DNA of 64,000 nt from Parcubacteria group bacterium (GCA_016186325.1 JACPLW010000002.1:66290-130289); one strand, 5' to 3'. Numbered from the stretch's first letter, positions 38,032 through 47,886 are shown. Notes: generated by a model not told the origin, from the letters alone. A program made the numbers and translations.

Positions 38032-40137
38032 CTAAATTTCAGTTTCTTTATCTTTATTTTCTTTGTCCTCCGACTCGTCTGCCAAAGCCTTGGCGTCGGT
38101 GGAATCTTTTGGCGAAGGAGGATTAGGGTTCTGCCAAGTGGCCCAGTCGCATTGCGGATAGCTCGAACAGCCCCAGAAAGTTTTTCCTTTTCTGGTCCGG
38201 CGCTTCACAATTTGGCCGGTGTCACATTTTTTGCAAGCCCCCAAATCTTCCTTGCCTTCCGTAGCTTCAGCGGAGGAGGGTTTTTCTAGGTTAGCGGTGT
38301 ATTTACAAGCCGGAAATCCGGTACAGGCGTAAAACTTTCCGTATCGTCCCATTCTGATAATCACCGGCTTTCCGCACTCGGGGCATTTAAGCTCTGTTGC
38401 TTCGGTTGCGAGTTCGCTTTTAGAAAGTTCGGTGCTTTTTTTATCGAGATTTTCTTTAAATGGTTCCCAAAATTCTTTGATAACAGGCTGCCACTTCTTT
38501 TTTCCATCGGCGATATCGTCAAGGTCTTCTTCCATCTTGGCAGTGAATTTAATGTCAACGACCTTGGGGAAATGAAGAACCAAGATGTCGCTTACCAAAA
38601 TACCAATATCAGTCGGCTTTAATCTTTTTTGTTCGTCTTTAATAACATAGCGGCGCGCCTGTATGGTCGCTAAAGTCGGGGCGTATGTTGAAGGCCGGCC
38701 GATGCCGTGCTCCTCAAGCGCTTTGATTAAACTAGCTTCGTTATATCGGGCCGGCGGTTCTGTAAAGTGTTGTTCCGATTTTAGTTCTTTTAGTTTCAAT
38801 TCCTCGTTTTCCAGAAGGTTTGGCAAGTTTGTTTCGGCAGTTTTCATCGGATAAACTTTAAGAAAACCGTCAAATTTTAAAACATTGCCGGTAGCTCGGA
38901 AAACATAATTTTCTTTGGATTTTCTTTCCGCGGAAATATCGGCCGATGTCGCTTCAAAAACTGCTGTCGGCATTTGAGTGGCTAAAAACCTTCTCCAAAT
39001 CAAGTCATAAAGCTTAAACTGTTGGGGTGTTAGTTTGTCTTTCAAAGAATCCGGGTTTGTAGAGGATTGAGTCGGTCGGACGGCTTCGTGCGCTTCTTGG
39101 GCCGATTTCGATTTAGTCTTAAAAATCCGCGGTTCCGGCAACAAATAATTTTTGCCGAACAACTTTTCTATTTCTTTAAAAGCAGCTGTGACGGATTCTT
39201 TGGAAAGGTTAACTGAATCTGTTCTCATATAGGTTATGAAACCGGTTTCATATAATTGTTGGGCGACTACCATTGTTTGTCTGGCACCAAAACCGAATTT
39301 TGAAAAAGCTGTCTGCTGAAGGGTGGAAGTGGTGAAAGGCGGAAGCGGCTGTCTTTTCATTTCTTTTTTTGTTATTTTTTCTACCGAATAATCGGCGCCG
39401 TCTAAGTCGGATATGATTTTTTTTGCATCATCCGCGGTTTTGATTCCAAACTTTTCCAATCTCTTTTCCCCGATTTTTATAAGATTAGCTAAAAATTCAC
39501 CTTCCTTTGAATTGGAAATTGGAAATTGAAAATTGGAAATTCTCGATTTACGCAGTACTGCGTAAATCGAGTGATATTCTTCCGGTTTGAAATTCAAAAC
39601 TTCTTTTTCTCGCTCAACCACGAGACGGACGGCTACCGATTGGACGCGGCCGGCCGATAATCCGCGGGCAACTTTTTTCCATAAGAAAGGGGAAAGCTTG
39701 TAGCCGACTAAGCGGTCAAGAATCCGCCGCGCCTGCTGGGCGTCTACCAGCCGCATATCAATTCCCCGAGGATTTTTCAGCGCTTCTTCTATCGCGGATT
39801 TGGTAATTTCATGAAAAACAATTCTCTCATGCGGTTTTTTTTCTAGGCCGAGAGCGCTCACAAGATGCCAGGAAATGGCTTCGCCTTCGCGGTCTTCATC
39901 TGTCGCTAAAATTACCTTTTCCGATTTTTTTGCCTCACTTTTGAGGTCGGCGACTCTCTTTTTGGCTTTCGGTAAAATTACGTATTGGGGTTCAAAGTTT
40001 TTTATAATATCAATTCCGAGTTTTTTTTCCGGTAAATCCCGAACATGGCCGTATGAGGATTCAACTTTAAAATCGCTCCCAAGGAATTGTGAGATGGTTC
40101 GGGCTTTAGTTGGCGATTCAACTATTACTAATTTCAT
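38032..40137 (-). CDS. topA: DNA topoisomerase I
   Basis: Toprim start MKLVIVESPTKART, catalytic region, multiple C-terminal Cx2C zinc ribbons; contains two in-frame repeat-element insertions (38070-38124 and 39487-39566). Confidence 0.9.
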   Translation of the reverse strand: MKLVIVESPTKARTISQFLGSDFKVESSYGHVRDLPEKKLGIDIIKNFEPQYVILPKAKKRVADLKSEAKKSEKVILATDEDREGEAISWHLVSALGLEKKPHERIVFHEITKSAIEEALKNPRGIDMRLVDAQQARRILDRLVGYKLSPFLWKKVARGLSAGRVQSVAVRLVVEREKEVLNFKPEEYHSIYAVLRKSRISNFQFPISNSKEGEFLANLIKIGEKRLEKFGIKTADDAKKIISDLDGADYSVEKITKKEMKRQPLPPFTTSTLQQTAFSKFGFGARQTMVVAQQLYETGFITYMRTDSVNLSKESVTAAFKEIEKLFGKNYLLPEPRIFKTKSKSAQEAHEAVRPTQSSTNPDSLKDKLTPQQFKLYDLIWRRFLATQMPTAVFEATSADISAERKSKENYVFRATGNVLKFDGFLKVYPMKTAETNLPNLLENEELKLKELKSEQHFTEPPARYNEASLIKALEEHGIGRPSTYAPTLATIQARRYVIKDEQKRLKPTDIGILVSDILVLHFPKVVDIKFTAKMEEDLDDIADGKKKWQPVIKEFWEPFKENLDKKSTELSKSELATEATELKCPECGKPVIIRMGRYGKFYACTGFPACKYTANLEKPSSAEATEGKEDLGACKKCDTGQIVKRRTRKGKTFWGCSSYPQCDWATWQNPNPPSPKDSTDAKALADESEDKENKDKETEI

Positions 40138-40244
40138 ATAAATTCAGATAAAAATAAAATTTAAAAATTGCTTAGCCCCATTCGCCTTCGGCGAACGGCT
40201 CGCCCCCACCTACAATTTTAAAATTTTATTTTTATCTTCATTCT

Positions 40245-41213
40245 TTATATCTTTACAAATTTTCCGCCGATGTTTTTTATTATACCCCGTATTTCCAACA
40301 TTGAAATTGTTGATAATGTCCGACTCATTGGCATTTTGGCAATTTCTGAAATTTTATCAACGTGGAGCGGCTCTATTTCAATTGTTTTTAAAATTAACGC
40401 CTCTTCTTTGCTAATGTCGTTTTCAGGCATTTTTGTTGCCTTGGGTTTTAAATCCGTTAAGTTCAGTTCTTCCAGAATGTCATCAATAGAAGAAACCAAC
40501 TTAGCGCCCTTTTTTATTAAACTATTGGTGCCTAAAGAATTTTTTGAAAATAACGATCCGGGAATGGCAAAAACTTCCCGGTTTTGCTCTAAAGCCAGGC
40601 GCGCGGTAATTAATGCCCCGGATTTTTCCGGCGCTTCAACAACCAGTACGCCGCGGGAGAGTCCGGCAATTATTCTGTTTCGTTCGGGGAAAAACCAAAT
40701 TTCCGATTTGGTCCCAGGCGCGTATTCGCTTATAACCGCTCCGCCGGAACTTACTATTTTATCAACCAATTTTAAGTTTTCGGAGGGATAAATGGACTCG
40801 TCATCCATGGCTGAGCCCAAAACTGCGATAGTTTTGCCTGCCCGCCCACTAGCGTGGCCGCTTCCGGCAAGCGCCCCTAAGTGAGCCCTGGTGTCTATGC
40901 CCAGCGCCAGTCCGCTCACAATGTTAAGGCCTAACTCCGATAATTCTTTAGCAATTTTAAAGGCTAAAGTTTTGCCATAGTCCGATGCCGCCCTAGTTCC
41001 GACGATAGCGAAATTCAAATCGCAACTCTTTGGCAGAATGCCCCTTACATGCAATTGTTTTGGAGCGTTGTGAATTTCTTTAAGAAGCTTAGGGTAATCT
41101 TGCGAAGATTTTTTTATGATTTTGATTTTATCTTCGGCGCTGGTCATAATGGTTAAAAACCATATCAGAATTTTTTTGATTTGACAAATCGAGGCAGGGT
41201 ATTGACATCGCAA
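40245..41213 (-). CDS. dprA: DNA processing protein DprA/Smf (natural transformation)
   Basis: Rossmann-like core motifs GTRAASDYGKTLA, VVSGLALGIDTRAH and C-terminal winged helix. Confidence 0.8.
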   Translation of the reverse strand: MRCQYPASICQIKKILIWFLTIMTSAEDKIKIIKKSSQDYPKLLKEIHNAPKQLHVRGILPKSCDLNFAIVGTRAASDYGKTLAFKIAKELSELGLNIVSGLALGIDTRAHLGALAGSGHASGRAGKTIAVLGSAMDDESIYPSENLKLVDKIVSSGGAVISEYAPGTKSEIWFFPERNRIIAGLSRGVLVVEAPEKSGALITARLALEQNREVFAIPGSLFSKNSLGTNSLIKKGAKLVSSIDDILEELNLTDLKPKATKMPENDISKEEALILKTIEIEPLHVDKISEIAKMPMSRTLSTISMLEIRGIIKNIGGKFVKI

Positions 41214-41258
41214 TTGTCGATGCGATATGCTTTACACAATTAAAAACGCACACTCTTT

Positions 41259-41406
41259 CAAGAATCCCAGAAAGGAAAGGGCAAATCCCGCAGTCGCGGG
41301 ATGTTCGACTCTATCCCTAAGGACAGGGTTTGGCGCGTTCTCTAAAGTCCCGCCCAGCGAGACGAAGGAGGAACGCCCCCTTGACTTTTTCTGGGATTTT
41401 TTGTTA
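41259..41406 (+). ncRNA. candidate structured RNA or cis-regulatory element: GC-rich core closed by AATCCCAGAAAG/CTTTTTCTGGGATT and followed by a U tract
   Basis: Closing helix 41259-41270 with 41386-41399, then TTTTTTGTT; internal hairpin ATCCCGC-AGTC-GCGGGAT; 55 nt upstream of the secreted-protease operon and on the 5' side of dprA; no match to tRNA, RNase P or tmRNA signatures by eye. Confidence 0.3.
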
Positions 41407-41460
41407 GGGTGGGCGAAAGTCCTTTTACATATATGCTAAAAAAACAGAGAGGGAAAGATA

Positions 41461-43221
41461 ATGAGACGACTGCTGTCAGCGTTTTTAACTGTTGCTACTC
41501 TTATTGTTGTTTCTAACGCATTTGCTTCTCCGGATATAGTTAAGCTCTCAAAAGAGCTTCCTGCCGATATTCTAAAAGATGCCTCGAGGATTCCGGATAA
41601 GCCTTACTTTCTTTTAGGGATTGAGTCCAAAGCCGGAAAGAGTCAGTGGGAACAATACCTGGAAATTCGAAAAATGATGCATTCACAAATTGTACAATTT
41701 ACCAAAGCTGGGAATTCTCTTATTGATCGCGCTCAACCAGAATACCGCGCTGATGACACTTTGCAGAGCACGGTGGAAATTGCCGGCCGCAAAGTTCAAG
41801 TATTGTACATCGGACATCGATTTACTGAAGATGGCATGTATGCGTTAAAAACGCGTTTTGGCGAGAAAAACTTGGCGGAATTTTCACCGCTTTACGAAAA
41901 ATACAAGACTCGTTGGGCGGTAGGAGATAAGGCCAGTTGGGGCATTTCTGATAAAAAGTGGCTGACTATTCGCCAGTTGCTAAGCCATCAGCAGTTTGAA
42001 AGGGTAAAGCAGTTTGTGCATGAAGAAGTTATTCGGAGCGCTGCTAACGAAAATACGAAGTATTTCAAAGCAATGAAGTTTTTTGAGAAAACCATGGCCA
42101 AACGGGCTGCAGTATTAGATGATCCTGATTATATTAAGCGGGCCTCCGAGCCAATCAAAAATACCTTATTGAATACCGAAGACATTTTGCCGGTACCCCA
42201 TGTTCGTACGGAAGATTTTTTGCCTGACTTATTTCTTTTCGGTCCCGGAAGTATGTTTGGTGGGATGACTTTGATAGGTCTCCCGCAATCAGAAAGAGTC
42301 GTGTTTTTGGATATGCGAGCCGCCATGGCTGATTACATCCGCGGCGGTCAAAGCACTGCTGCTCATGAGTTTGTTCATGTAAATAAGTATTTGCAGAATT
42401 TTGCCATGGGAGCGTATTTTGATGTTGAAATTTTCGCTGAAATGGCGACAGGCGTTTGGCAAGCGGATCTGTTTAGTTACTTTTGGCATCCGTATTACGC
42501 GCACTGGAGAGATTTGGCTAACATATATTTTGGTTATGACACGCGCGAAGTTCAGCAGCGTCTTTTCCCGGGCGAAGTAATAGAAGATTTTAGTGTCGTT
42601 GATATAAACCGGAAGGAATTTGAAGAGAACGCTATGCGGGTAGAGGCCATTGCCGGTGAATTTAAAGGTTTTATTGAGAAGTTGTATGTAGAATTTTATT
42701 CTGATCCGTTATTTTGGAGTGCAGTTAATACGAAGTTCTGCGATAAAGCGGCAACGTTGCGCATAATGTTTGCGCTATACTACGAGCCGGCCGGGTTGTT
42801 TGATCCCAAGAAAACCGATGTTAACGGCAATGTAATTTCGGCCGCGGTTCAAACCAAAGAATGGCTTATGAAAGAGGAAGAATCTGGCCGCATTACCCGC
42901 CTTGCCAAATTAGCCATGGATAAAACCGGGACATTACGGGAAAAAGACAAGAAAGAAGCCGAGGAAAGTGAAAAAGAATTGCCAAAACTATTTAATCAAT
43001 TCAAGTGTCCGGTCCAAAGTAATGCATATTTGGCTTCTCGCGGGGAGCAGATTGAATTAGCGTCTGCGCTTGGGCGCATGATTGAGCGCGCAAAAGCAGG
43101 CGATGGTCTTGCGCGAGCCATGCTTATACGGGCAACCGGCAATGCATTTAAGGAAAAACAGTCGTTTGCAGACTTGATTCCTAGAGTGGTTGAATTTCTG
43201 AAAAAGGGGGTGTGGCGATGA
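41461..43221 (+). CDS. secreted protein with HExxH zinc-metallopeptidase motif
   Basis: Signal peptide LIVVSNAFA-SP; HEFVH with a downstream Glu (EIFAEMATG), gluzincin-like arrangement; 586 aa. Confidence 0.5.
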   Translation: MRRLLSAFLTVATLIVVSNAFASPDIVKLSKELPADILKDASRIPDKPYFLLGIESKAGKSQWEQYLEIRKMMHSQIVQFTKAGNSLIDRAQPEYRADDTLQSTVEIAGRKVQVLYIGHRFTEDGMYALKTRFGEKNLAEFSPLYEKYKTRWAVGDKASWGISDKKWLTIRQLLSHQQFERVKQFVHEEVIRSAANENTKYFKAMKFFEKTMAKRAAVLDDPDYIKRASEPIKNTLLNTEDILPVPHVRTEDFLPDLFLFGPGSMFGGMTLIGLPQSERVVFLDMRAAMADYIRGGQSTAAHEFVHVNKYLQNFAMGAYFDVEIFAEMATGVWQADLFSYFWHPYYAHWRDLANIYFGYDTREVQQRLFPGEVIEDFSVVDINRKEFEENAMRVEAIAGEFKGFIEKLYVEFYSDPLFWSAVNTKFCDKAATLRIMFALYYEPAGLFDPKKTDVNGNVISAAVQTKEWLMKEEESGRITRLAKLAMDKTGTLREKDKKEAEESEKELPKLFNQFKCPVQSNAYLASRGEQIELASALGRMIERAKAGDGLARAMLIRATGNAFKEKQSFADLIPRVVEFLKKGVWR

Positions 43222-44798
43222 AAGCCGTAAAGGCAGTTTTTGTTCTCGGGCTGTTATTATTCGTTTCTGCTTGTGCTCGTCCGACCTTTGTGGTCGCACG
43301 AGACGAAGCTATTGATCCGAGTGGCGAATTTAAATACAACCGCAAACAGGCAGAAATTGCCGCTGAACGCGCGGTTCTTATGCTCGCCGCGACTTATAAA
43401 GATGGTAAATGGGAGTTAAAGCGCGATATTGTAAAAGTTGAAGAGATGAAAAAACTTTTGACGGATAGAGCCAAATCGCTGGACTTGCTCTTGCGATATG
43501 ATGATAAGTGGTCCGCACGTTTTATTGATTGGCTAAAGGGCATGCGTCCGGCCATTGAACAAGAGGAGCGGGCGACTCTTTGGGCTCTTCAGCAAATTCA
43601 ACTAGTTCATACTTATAACGAATTTGTAGATCTGGTTGGTCATTTGCCCAAAGAACTTATTGGTAGCGACACAGAGTATTTTTTTGAGCATAGCCCAAAA
43701 AACTATTCTATTAGGATGTTATATCCAGCGAAGGATATCGCCCAGATTCCATTTACGGCCAGTTATTTAGAGGAAGCCAAGAAACAAAACAAGCTTAAGT
43801 TGGTGGACAGCTTTACTGTTTTGGATTCACAGAACTATAGCGAAAAAATTCCTGATTTTGAAGATGCCAATAAATTCTCGTGGGATAAGCGCGAACGTGG
43901 CTGGACTATTTTGTCTTATAAAATCACCGCGACGAGCGATCGTCCCAATGACAATGTCGTTCAGTACATTGAAGTTTTCCGAGTAGACGCTAATACGCTG
44001 AAAATAGAAGAACTTCCGGCTTTACGTGGATTCCTCGCCGCAGGCGCGAGCAATACTACTGTTTTTATTCTTGATTATGATAAGGCCGGAGAAAACGGCT
44101 TTGGTAGCCCTGATGCGGTGAAAAAAATTTTACAGAATATCATCACCGGCCGAGATCTTTACGATAACGAAAGTTTGCGTAAAGATTTATTGGTTGAGCT
44201 TTACGAGCGGCCAAGAAATAACAAGGATCGGCCGGAACGCAGACGCCCGCCGGATCCGCCGGTATATGTTGAGATTGTCCCCATGGGCAAGAAACTTAAA
44301 GTTGACATTTGGGAAATGAAGAAAGAAGGATGGAACGTTCCGATTTCTTTCAAGGACCTCTTCAAAAATCTTGAGGTAGTATATGGTAAGCCCGACAAAG
44401 ACGATCTGGAGAAAATCAAGTCAGGTCAAATTACCGGTGATCTGAAAAAGATCTCTTTGTTAATTCGTGAGTTTAAGATGTCCGGGGAAACGGTTGTCGT
44501 TGAATATTGGAAGCCGAAGGCTGAATATTTGAAGATGAACGTGCGTTCAATTACCGGAGGCATCGGAGCGAGCGCCACGTACACTTTGCAGAGAAAAGGA
44601 TTTCCGAAAGAAGAGGCCGAAATAGAATATTTTGGAGATAAAATCACTCAGGTTGATTACTTCTACGGCGGTTTGTGGTTTCGTATAGTTGATGAAGACG
44701 GCGATGGTACTTTTGAAAAAAGACGCCAAATCGCCGATCCGACTAAATCATATAAAAACACGCAAGCTGTTCACAGTAATTATGGCGATTTTAATTAA
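43212..44798 (+). CDS. lipoprotein, hypothetical (co-transcribed with the HExxH protein)
   Basis: Lipobox LFVSAC after the signal peptide; 10-nt overlap with the upstream gene; 528 aa. Confidence 0.5.
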   Translation: MAMKAVKAVFVLGLLLFVSACARPTFVVARDEAIDPSGEFKYNRKQAEIAAERAVLMLAATYKDGKWELKRDIVKVEEMKKLLTDRAKSLDLLLRYDDKWSARFIDWLKGMRPAIEQEERATLWALQQIQLVHTYNEFVDLVGHLPKELIGSDTEYFFEHSPKNYSIRMLYPAKDIAQIPFTASYLEEAKKQNKLKLVDSFTVLDSQNYSEKIPDFEDANKFSWDKRERGWTILSYKITATSDRPNDNVVQYIEVFRVDANTLKIEELPALRGFLAAGASNTTVFILDYDKAGENGFGSPDAVKKILQNIITGRDLYDNESLRKDLLVELYERPRNNKDRPERRRPPDPPVYVEIVPMGKKLKVDIWEMKKEGWNVPISFKDLFKNLEVVYGKPDKDDLEKIKSGQITGDLKKISLLIREFKMSGETVVVEYWKPKAEYLKMNVRSITGGIGASATYTLQRKGFPKEEAEIEYFGDKITQVDYFYGGLWFRIVDEDGDGTFEKRRQIADPTKSYKNTQAVHSNYGDFN

Positions 44799-44883
44799 TA
44801 AAACTCAAAAGCGTCTCGTTATTAAACGAGACGCTATTTTTTTGGTGTCATCTATTCTATTTTGGGTTTTAACCTTAATAGGT

Positions 44884-45456
44884 TTATTGAGAGCCGCTCG
44901 TCAGCCCCGACGGTACCGTCGGGGCCAGTTGGCGGATGGCTTTTTTTATGGTCTTATCAAGTTCTTTTAATTCTTCGGGCGTGAATTTTTTTAATATTAT
45001 CTTATCCGCTTTTACTCTTGTATTTTGCTTGCCCGCCGACTTGTCCGCCAAAGCTTTGGCGTCGGCGGAAGCTTTAGCGAAGGCGGGTTGGATGCCGATT
45101 CTCAAGCGCCAGAAGTTTTTTGTTTTAAGATTTTTTATTATGGATTCAACACCCTTGTGGCCCGCCGAAGAACGACCGAAAGAAAGTTTGAAATTGCCCC
45201 ACAAGATATCAATGTCGTCATGAGCAATTAAAACATTTTCCGGCTTTATCTTAAATTTTTTCATCAAAGCCAAAACCGCCGCTCCGGATTTATTCATAAA
45301 AATCCCAGTTTTAGCTGAAACAACTTTTTTGTTTTTATAATTATTTTCTAAAGCATCAATAAATAAAAAGCCTGCGTTGTGCCTGGTGAGCTCATATTCT
45401 TTTCCGGGATTGCCAAGCCCGATGATTAATTTGACCCCGTTAGAAATTTTATTCAT
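44884..45456 (-). CDS. pth: peptidyl-tRNA hydrolase
   Basis: LIIGLGNPGKEYELTRHNAGF catalytic motif (His-Asn); C-terminal region contains in-frame repeat elements (45031-45088) and a palindromic tail CCCCGACGGTACCGTCGGGG. Confidence 0.85.
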   Translation of the reverse strand: MNKISNGVKLIIGLGNPGKEYELTRHNAGFLFIDALENNYKNKKVVSAKTGIFMNKSGAAVLALMKKFKIKPENVLIAHDDIDILWGNFKLSFGRSSAGHKGVESIIKNLKTKNFWRLRIGIQPAFAKASADAKALADKSAGKQNTRVKADKIILKKFTPEELKELDKTIKKAIRQLAPTVPSGLTSGSQ

Positions 45457-45531
45457 AAAAATTCTTTAAGTTAAAATTAACAATTTGTATTGTATGCTTC
45501 ATTAGTTTAGATAAATAGATTTCTAACGGGG
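45435..45531. repeat. inverted-repeat pair CCCCGTTAGAAAT ... 71 bp spacer ... ATTTCTAACGGGG (copy d, 13-bp arms) in the pth/lepB divergent region
   Basis: Left arm lies inside the first codons of pth (MNKISNGV is encoded by ATGAATAAAATTTCTAACGGGGTC); the extra C/G is co-varied on both arms. Confidence 0.75.
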
Positions 45532-45628
45532 TTGATTTTATCCATTTTTAGTATATAATTATCTGGTATTTTGTATATTGTATCTGGTATCTAGTATACC
45601 AAATACAAAATACCAAATACAAAATACA

Positions 45629-46183
45629 ATGATAAAATCATTTTTTAAGTTTAGCTGGGATTTAATCAAAGTAGCTTTAATAGCTCTCATTTTGGCCGGT
45701 ACGGTACGTTACTTTTTAGTCCAGCCGTTTTTTGTTGAGGGCGCTTCAATGGAGCCGAATTTTGAAACCGGCGAATATCTTTTGATTGATGAATTAAGCT
45801 ATTACTTCAGGGATATTAAAAGAGGGGAAGTTGTCGTCTTTCATTATCCGCTGGACACTTCCAAGTACTATATAAAAAGAGTTATCGGGCTTCCCAACGA
45901 AACTATAGAAATTAAAGACGGGAAAATTACTATTTACAATAGCAATAATCAAGAAGGATTTTTAATATCCGAGGATTATATTCCGTCAAACTTTGTAACA
46001 GAGGGCAATATCAAAAAAAAATTAAGTAAAGACGAATATTTTGTCTTGGGCGACAATCGTCCGTCTTCTTCCGATTCAAGACGCTGGGGAGTTTTGCCAA
46101 AGATTGATGTTGTGGGCCGTGTTTTTTTGAGAGCCTGGCCGTTTGACCGCGCAAGTATTTTTGAAACACCAAATTATCAATAA
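45629..46183 (+). CDS. lepB: signal peptidase I
   Basis: Catalytic Ser box GASMEPNF and Lys box, GDNRPSSSDSRRWG; start chosen at MIKSFF because the ORF-track start at 45578 lies inside a 25-nt palindrome. Confidence 0.85.
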   Translation: MIKSFFKFSWDLIKVALIALILAGTVRYFLVQPFFVEGASMEPNFETGEYLLIDELSYYFRDIKRGEVVVFHYPLDTSKYYIKRVIGLPNETIEIKDGKITIYNSNNQEGFLISEDYIPSNFVTEGNIKKKLSKDEYFVLGDNRPSSSDSRRWGVLPKIDVVGRVFLRAWPFDRASIFETPNYQ

Positions 46184-46193
46184 TCATAAGAAA

Positions 46194-47552
46194 ATGTCAC
46201 GAAAAGCTAAAATAAAAACATTTCAAGCCCCGAAAGGGATGCACGACATTCTTCCAAATGTCCATAAGTATTGGGACAAATTTTTCAAAATTACCAGGGA
46301 ATTGGCCGTTTTTTATGGTTTTGAAACAATTGAAACTCCTGTAGTGGAATACGCCGATTTATTTAACAAAGGGCTTGGCCTTAACACCGATGTCGTTGAA
46401 CATGAAATGTATACTTTAAAAACCAAAGGCGGCGACTTTTTGGCTTTGCGGCCCGAACTTACCGCCGGGGTTGTAAGGGCGTATCTTGAAAACGGATTTC
46501 CCAATCAGCCTCAACCGATTAAATTTTTTCATTTTGGTCCGGTATTTAGGCATGAATCGCCGCAAGCCGGGCGTTATCGCGCCTTCCACCAGGCTGATTT
46601 TGACGTTTTCGGCGAAGAGGACGCCGTAGTTGACGCGCAGGTCATTCAGCTTATTTATGCGATTCTTTCGGAGCTCGGGTTAAAAAATCTTTCTATTCAA
46701 ATAAACAGCATCGGTGACAAAAACTGCTGGTTAAAATTCCGCGAGGAGTTAAAAATGTATTACCGGAACAAAATTTTGAGGCTTTGCAATAATTGTAAAA
46801 AGAGGGTGAAGGAAAATCCATTGAGGATGCTTGACTGCAAAGAAGAAGAATGTGCGGCCTTGAAATCTTCGGCACCGAACTCTGTTGATTACCTTGATAA
46901 GACCTGTCATGATCATTTTAAGTTGGTTTTAGAGTTTTTAGACGAGATCGGCCTTCCTTACAGTTTGAATCCTTACCTTGTTCGCGGTCTTGATTATTAT
47001 ACCCGAACGGTTTTTGAAATAGTTTCGGAAAACGCAAACGGATCGCCGGTGGCTTTAGCCGGAGGCGGCCGTTATGATTATTTAGTATCCCAGTTGGGTG
47101 GCAAACTGACGCCGGCAATGGGCGGTTCTATCGGCATTGAAAGGGCTATTATTGAAATGCAGCGGCAGGAAGTGAAAGTAAGTGCGGCAAGGCCGAAAAC
47201 TCGGATATTTTTGGCACAACTTGGCGATTTGGCGAAGAAGAAAAGCTTGAGGCTTTTTGAAGAATTCCGGAGAAACAATATCAATGTTTCAGAGTCGTTC
47301 GGGCGCGACTCCGTTAAGGCCCAATTGCGGGTTGCCGACCGGCTCGGCGCCGACGTAGCGCTTATAATCGGCCAAAAAGAAGCGCTTGACGGCACTATAA
47401 TGTTAAGGGAAATGCAATCCGGCGTTCAGGAAATAATCCCCTCGGATAAAATTATTGATGAAGTTAAAAAGCATCTTAAAAGAATAGTGCCGAGGATGCC
47501 GTTGACTAATAATGAAATTGATGATAAAGATGGTAAAAAAACAGAGTTCTAA
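46194..47552 (+). CDS. hisS: histidyl-tRNA synthetase
   Basis: Class II motifs, HisRS-specific MHDILP, C-terminal anticodon-binding domain; start at MSRKAKI. Confidence 0.85.
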   Translation: MSRKAKIKTFQAPKGMHDILPNVHKYWDKFFKITRELAVFYGFETIETPVVEYADLFNKGLGLNTDVVEHEMYTLKTKGGDFLALRPELTAGVVRAYLENGFPNQPQPIKFFHFGPVFRHESPQAGRYRAFHQADFDVFGEEDAVVDAQVIQLIYAILSELGLKNLSIQINSIGDKNCWLKFREELKMYYRNKILRLCNNCKKRVKENPLRMLDCKEEECAALKSSAPNSVDYLDKTCHDHFKLVLEFLDEIGLPYSLNPYLVRGLDYYTRTVFEIVSENANGSPVALAGGGRYDYLVSQLGGKLTPAMGGSIGIERAIIEMQRQEVKVSAARPKTRIFLAQLGDLAKKKSLRLFEEFRRNNINVSESFGRDSVKAQLRVADRLGADVALIIGQKEALDGTIMLREMQSGVQEIIPSDKIIDEVKKHLKRIVPRMPLTNNEIDDKDGKKTEF

Positions 47553-47553
47553 A

Positions 47554-47886
47554 ATGGATTGTATCTTTTGTAAAATTGTAAAAAAAGAAATTCCGGCGGA
47601 CATAGTTTTGGAAGACAATGAAATGATGGCTTTTAAAGACATTCGGCCAAAAGCTCCGGTTCACTTGCTGATTATTCCGAAAAAGCACATCGGCCCGATA
47701 AACGAGCTTGATTCAGAAAACAGCGCAATTATAGGCCAGTTAACTTTAAAAGCAAAAGAGGCGGCGGAAAAAATGGGAGTTTCGGAAAATGGTTATCGCC
47801 TGGTGTTTAATGTCGGCAAGGATGCCGGTATGGAAGTTGACCATTTGCATATGCATCTTCTTGCCGGAAAATTGTTACCATTTTAG
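47554..47886 (+). CDS. HIT-family (histidine triad) nucleotide hydrolase
   Basis: Zinc-ribbon CIFCKI and histidine triad HLHMHLL; start at MDCIFC. Confidence 0.8.
   Translation: MDCIFCKIVKKEIPADIVLEDNEMMAFKDIRPKAPVHLLIIPKKHIGPINELDSENSAIIGQLTLKAKEAAEKMGVSENGYRLVFNVGKDAGMEVDHLHMHLLAGKLLPF

Noticed and set aside
41259-41406. RNase P RNA, tmRNA or tRNA identity for the GC-rich structured element
   Set aside because: No GGAAAGUCCGG / ACAGAACCCGGCUUA motifs, no tRNA-like acceptor plus CCA end, T-arm-like segment does not fold into a full cloverleaf; kept only as a low-confidence ncRNA candidate
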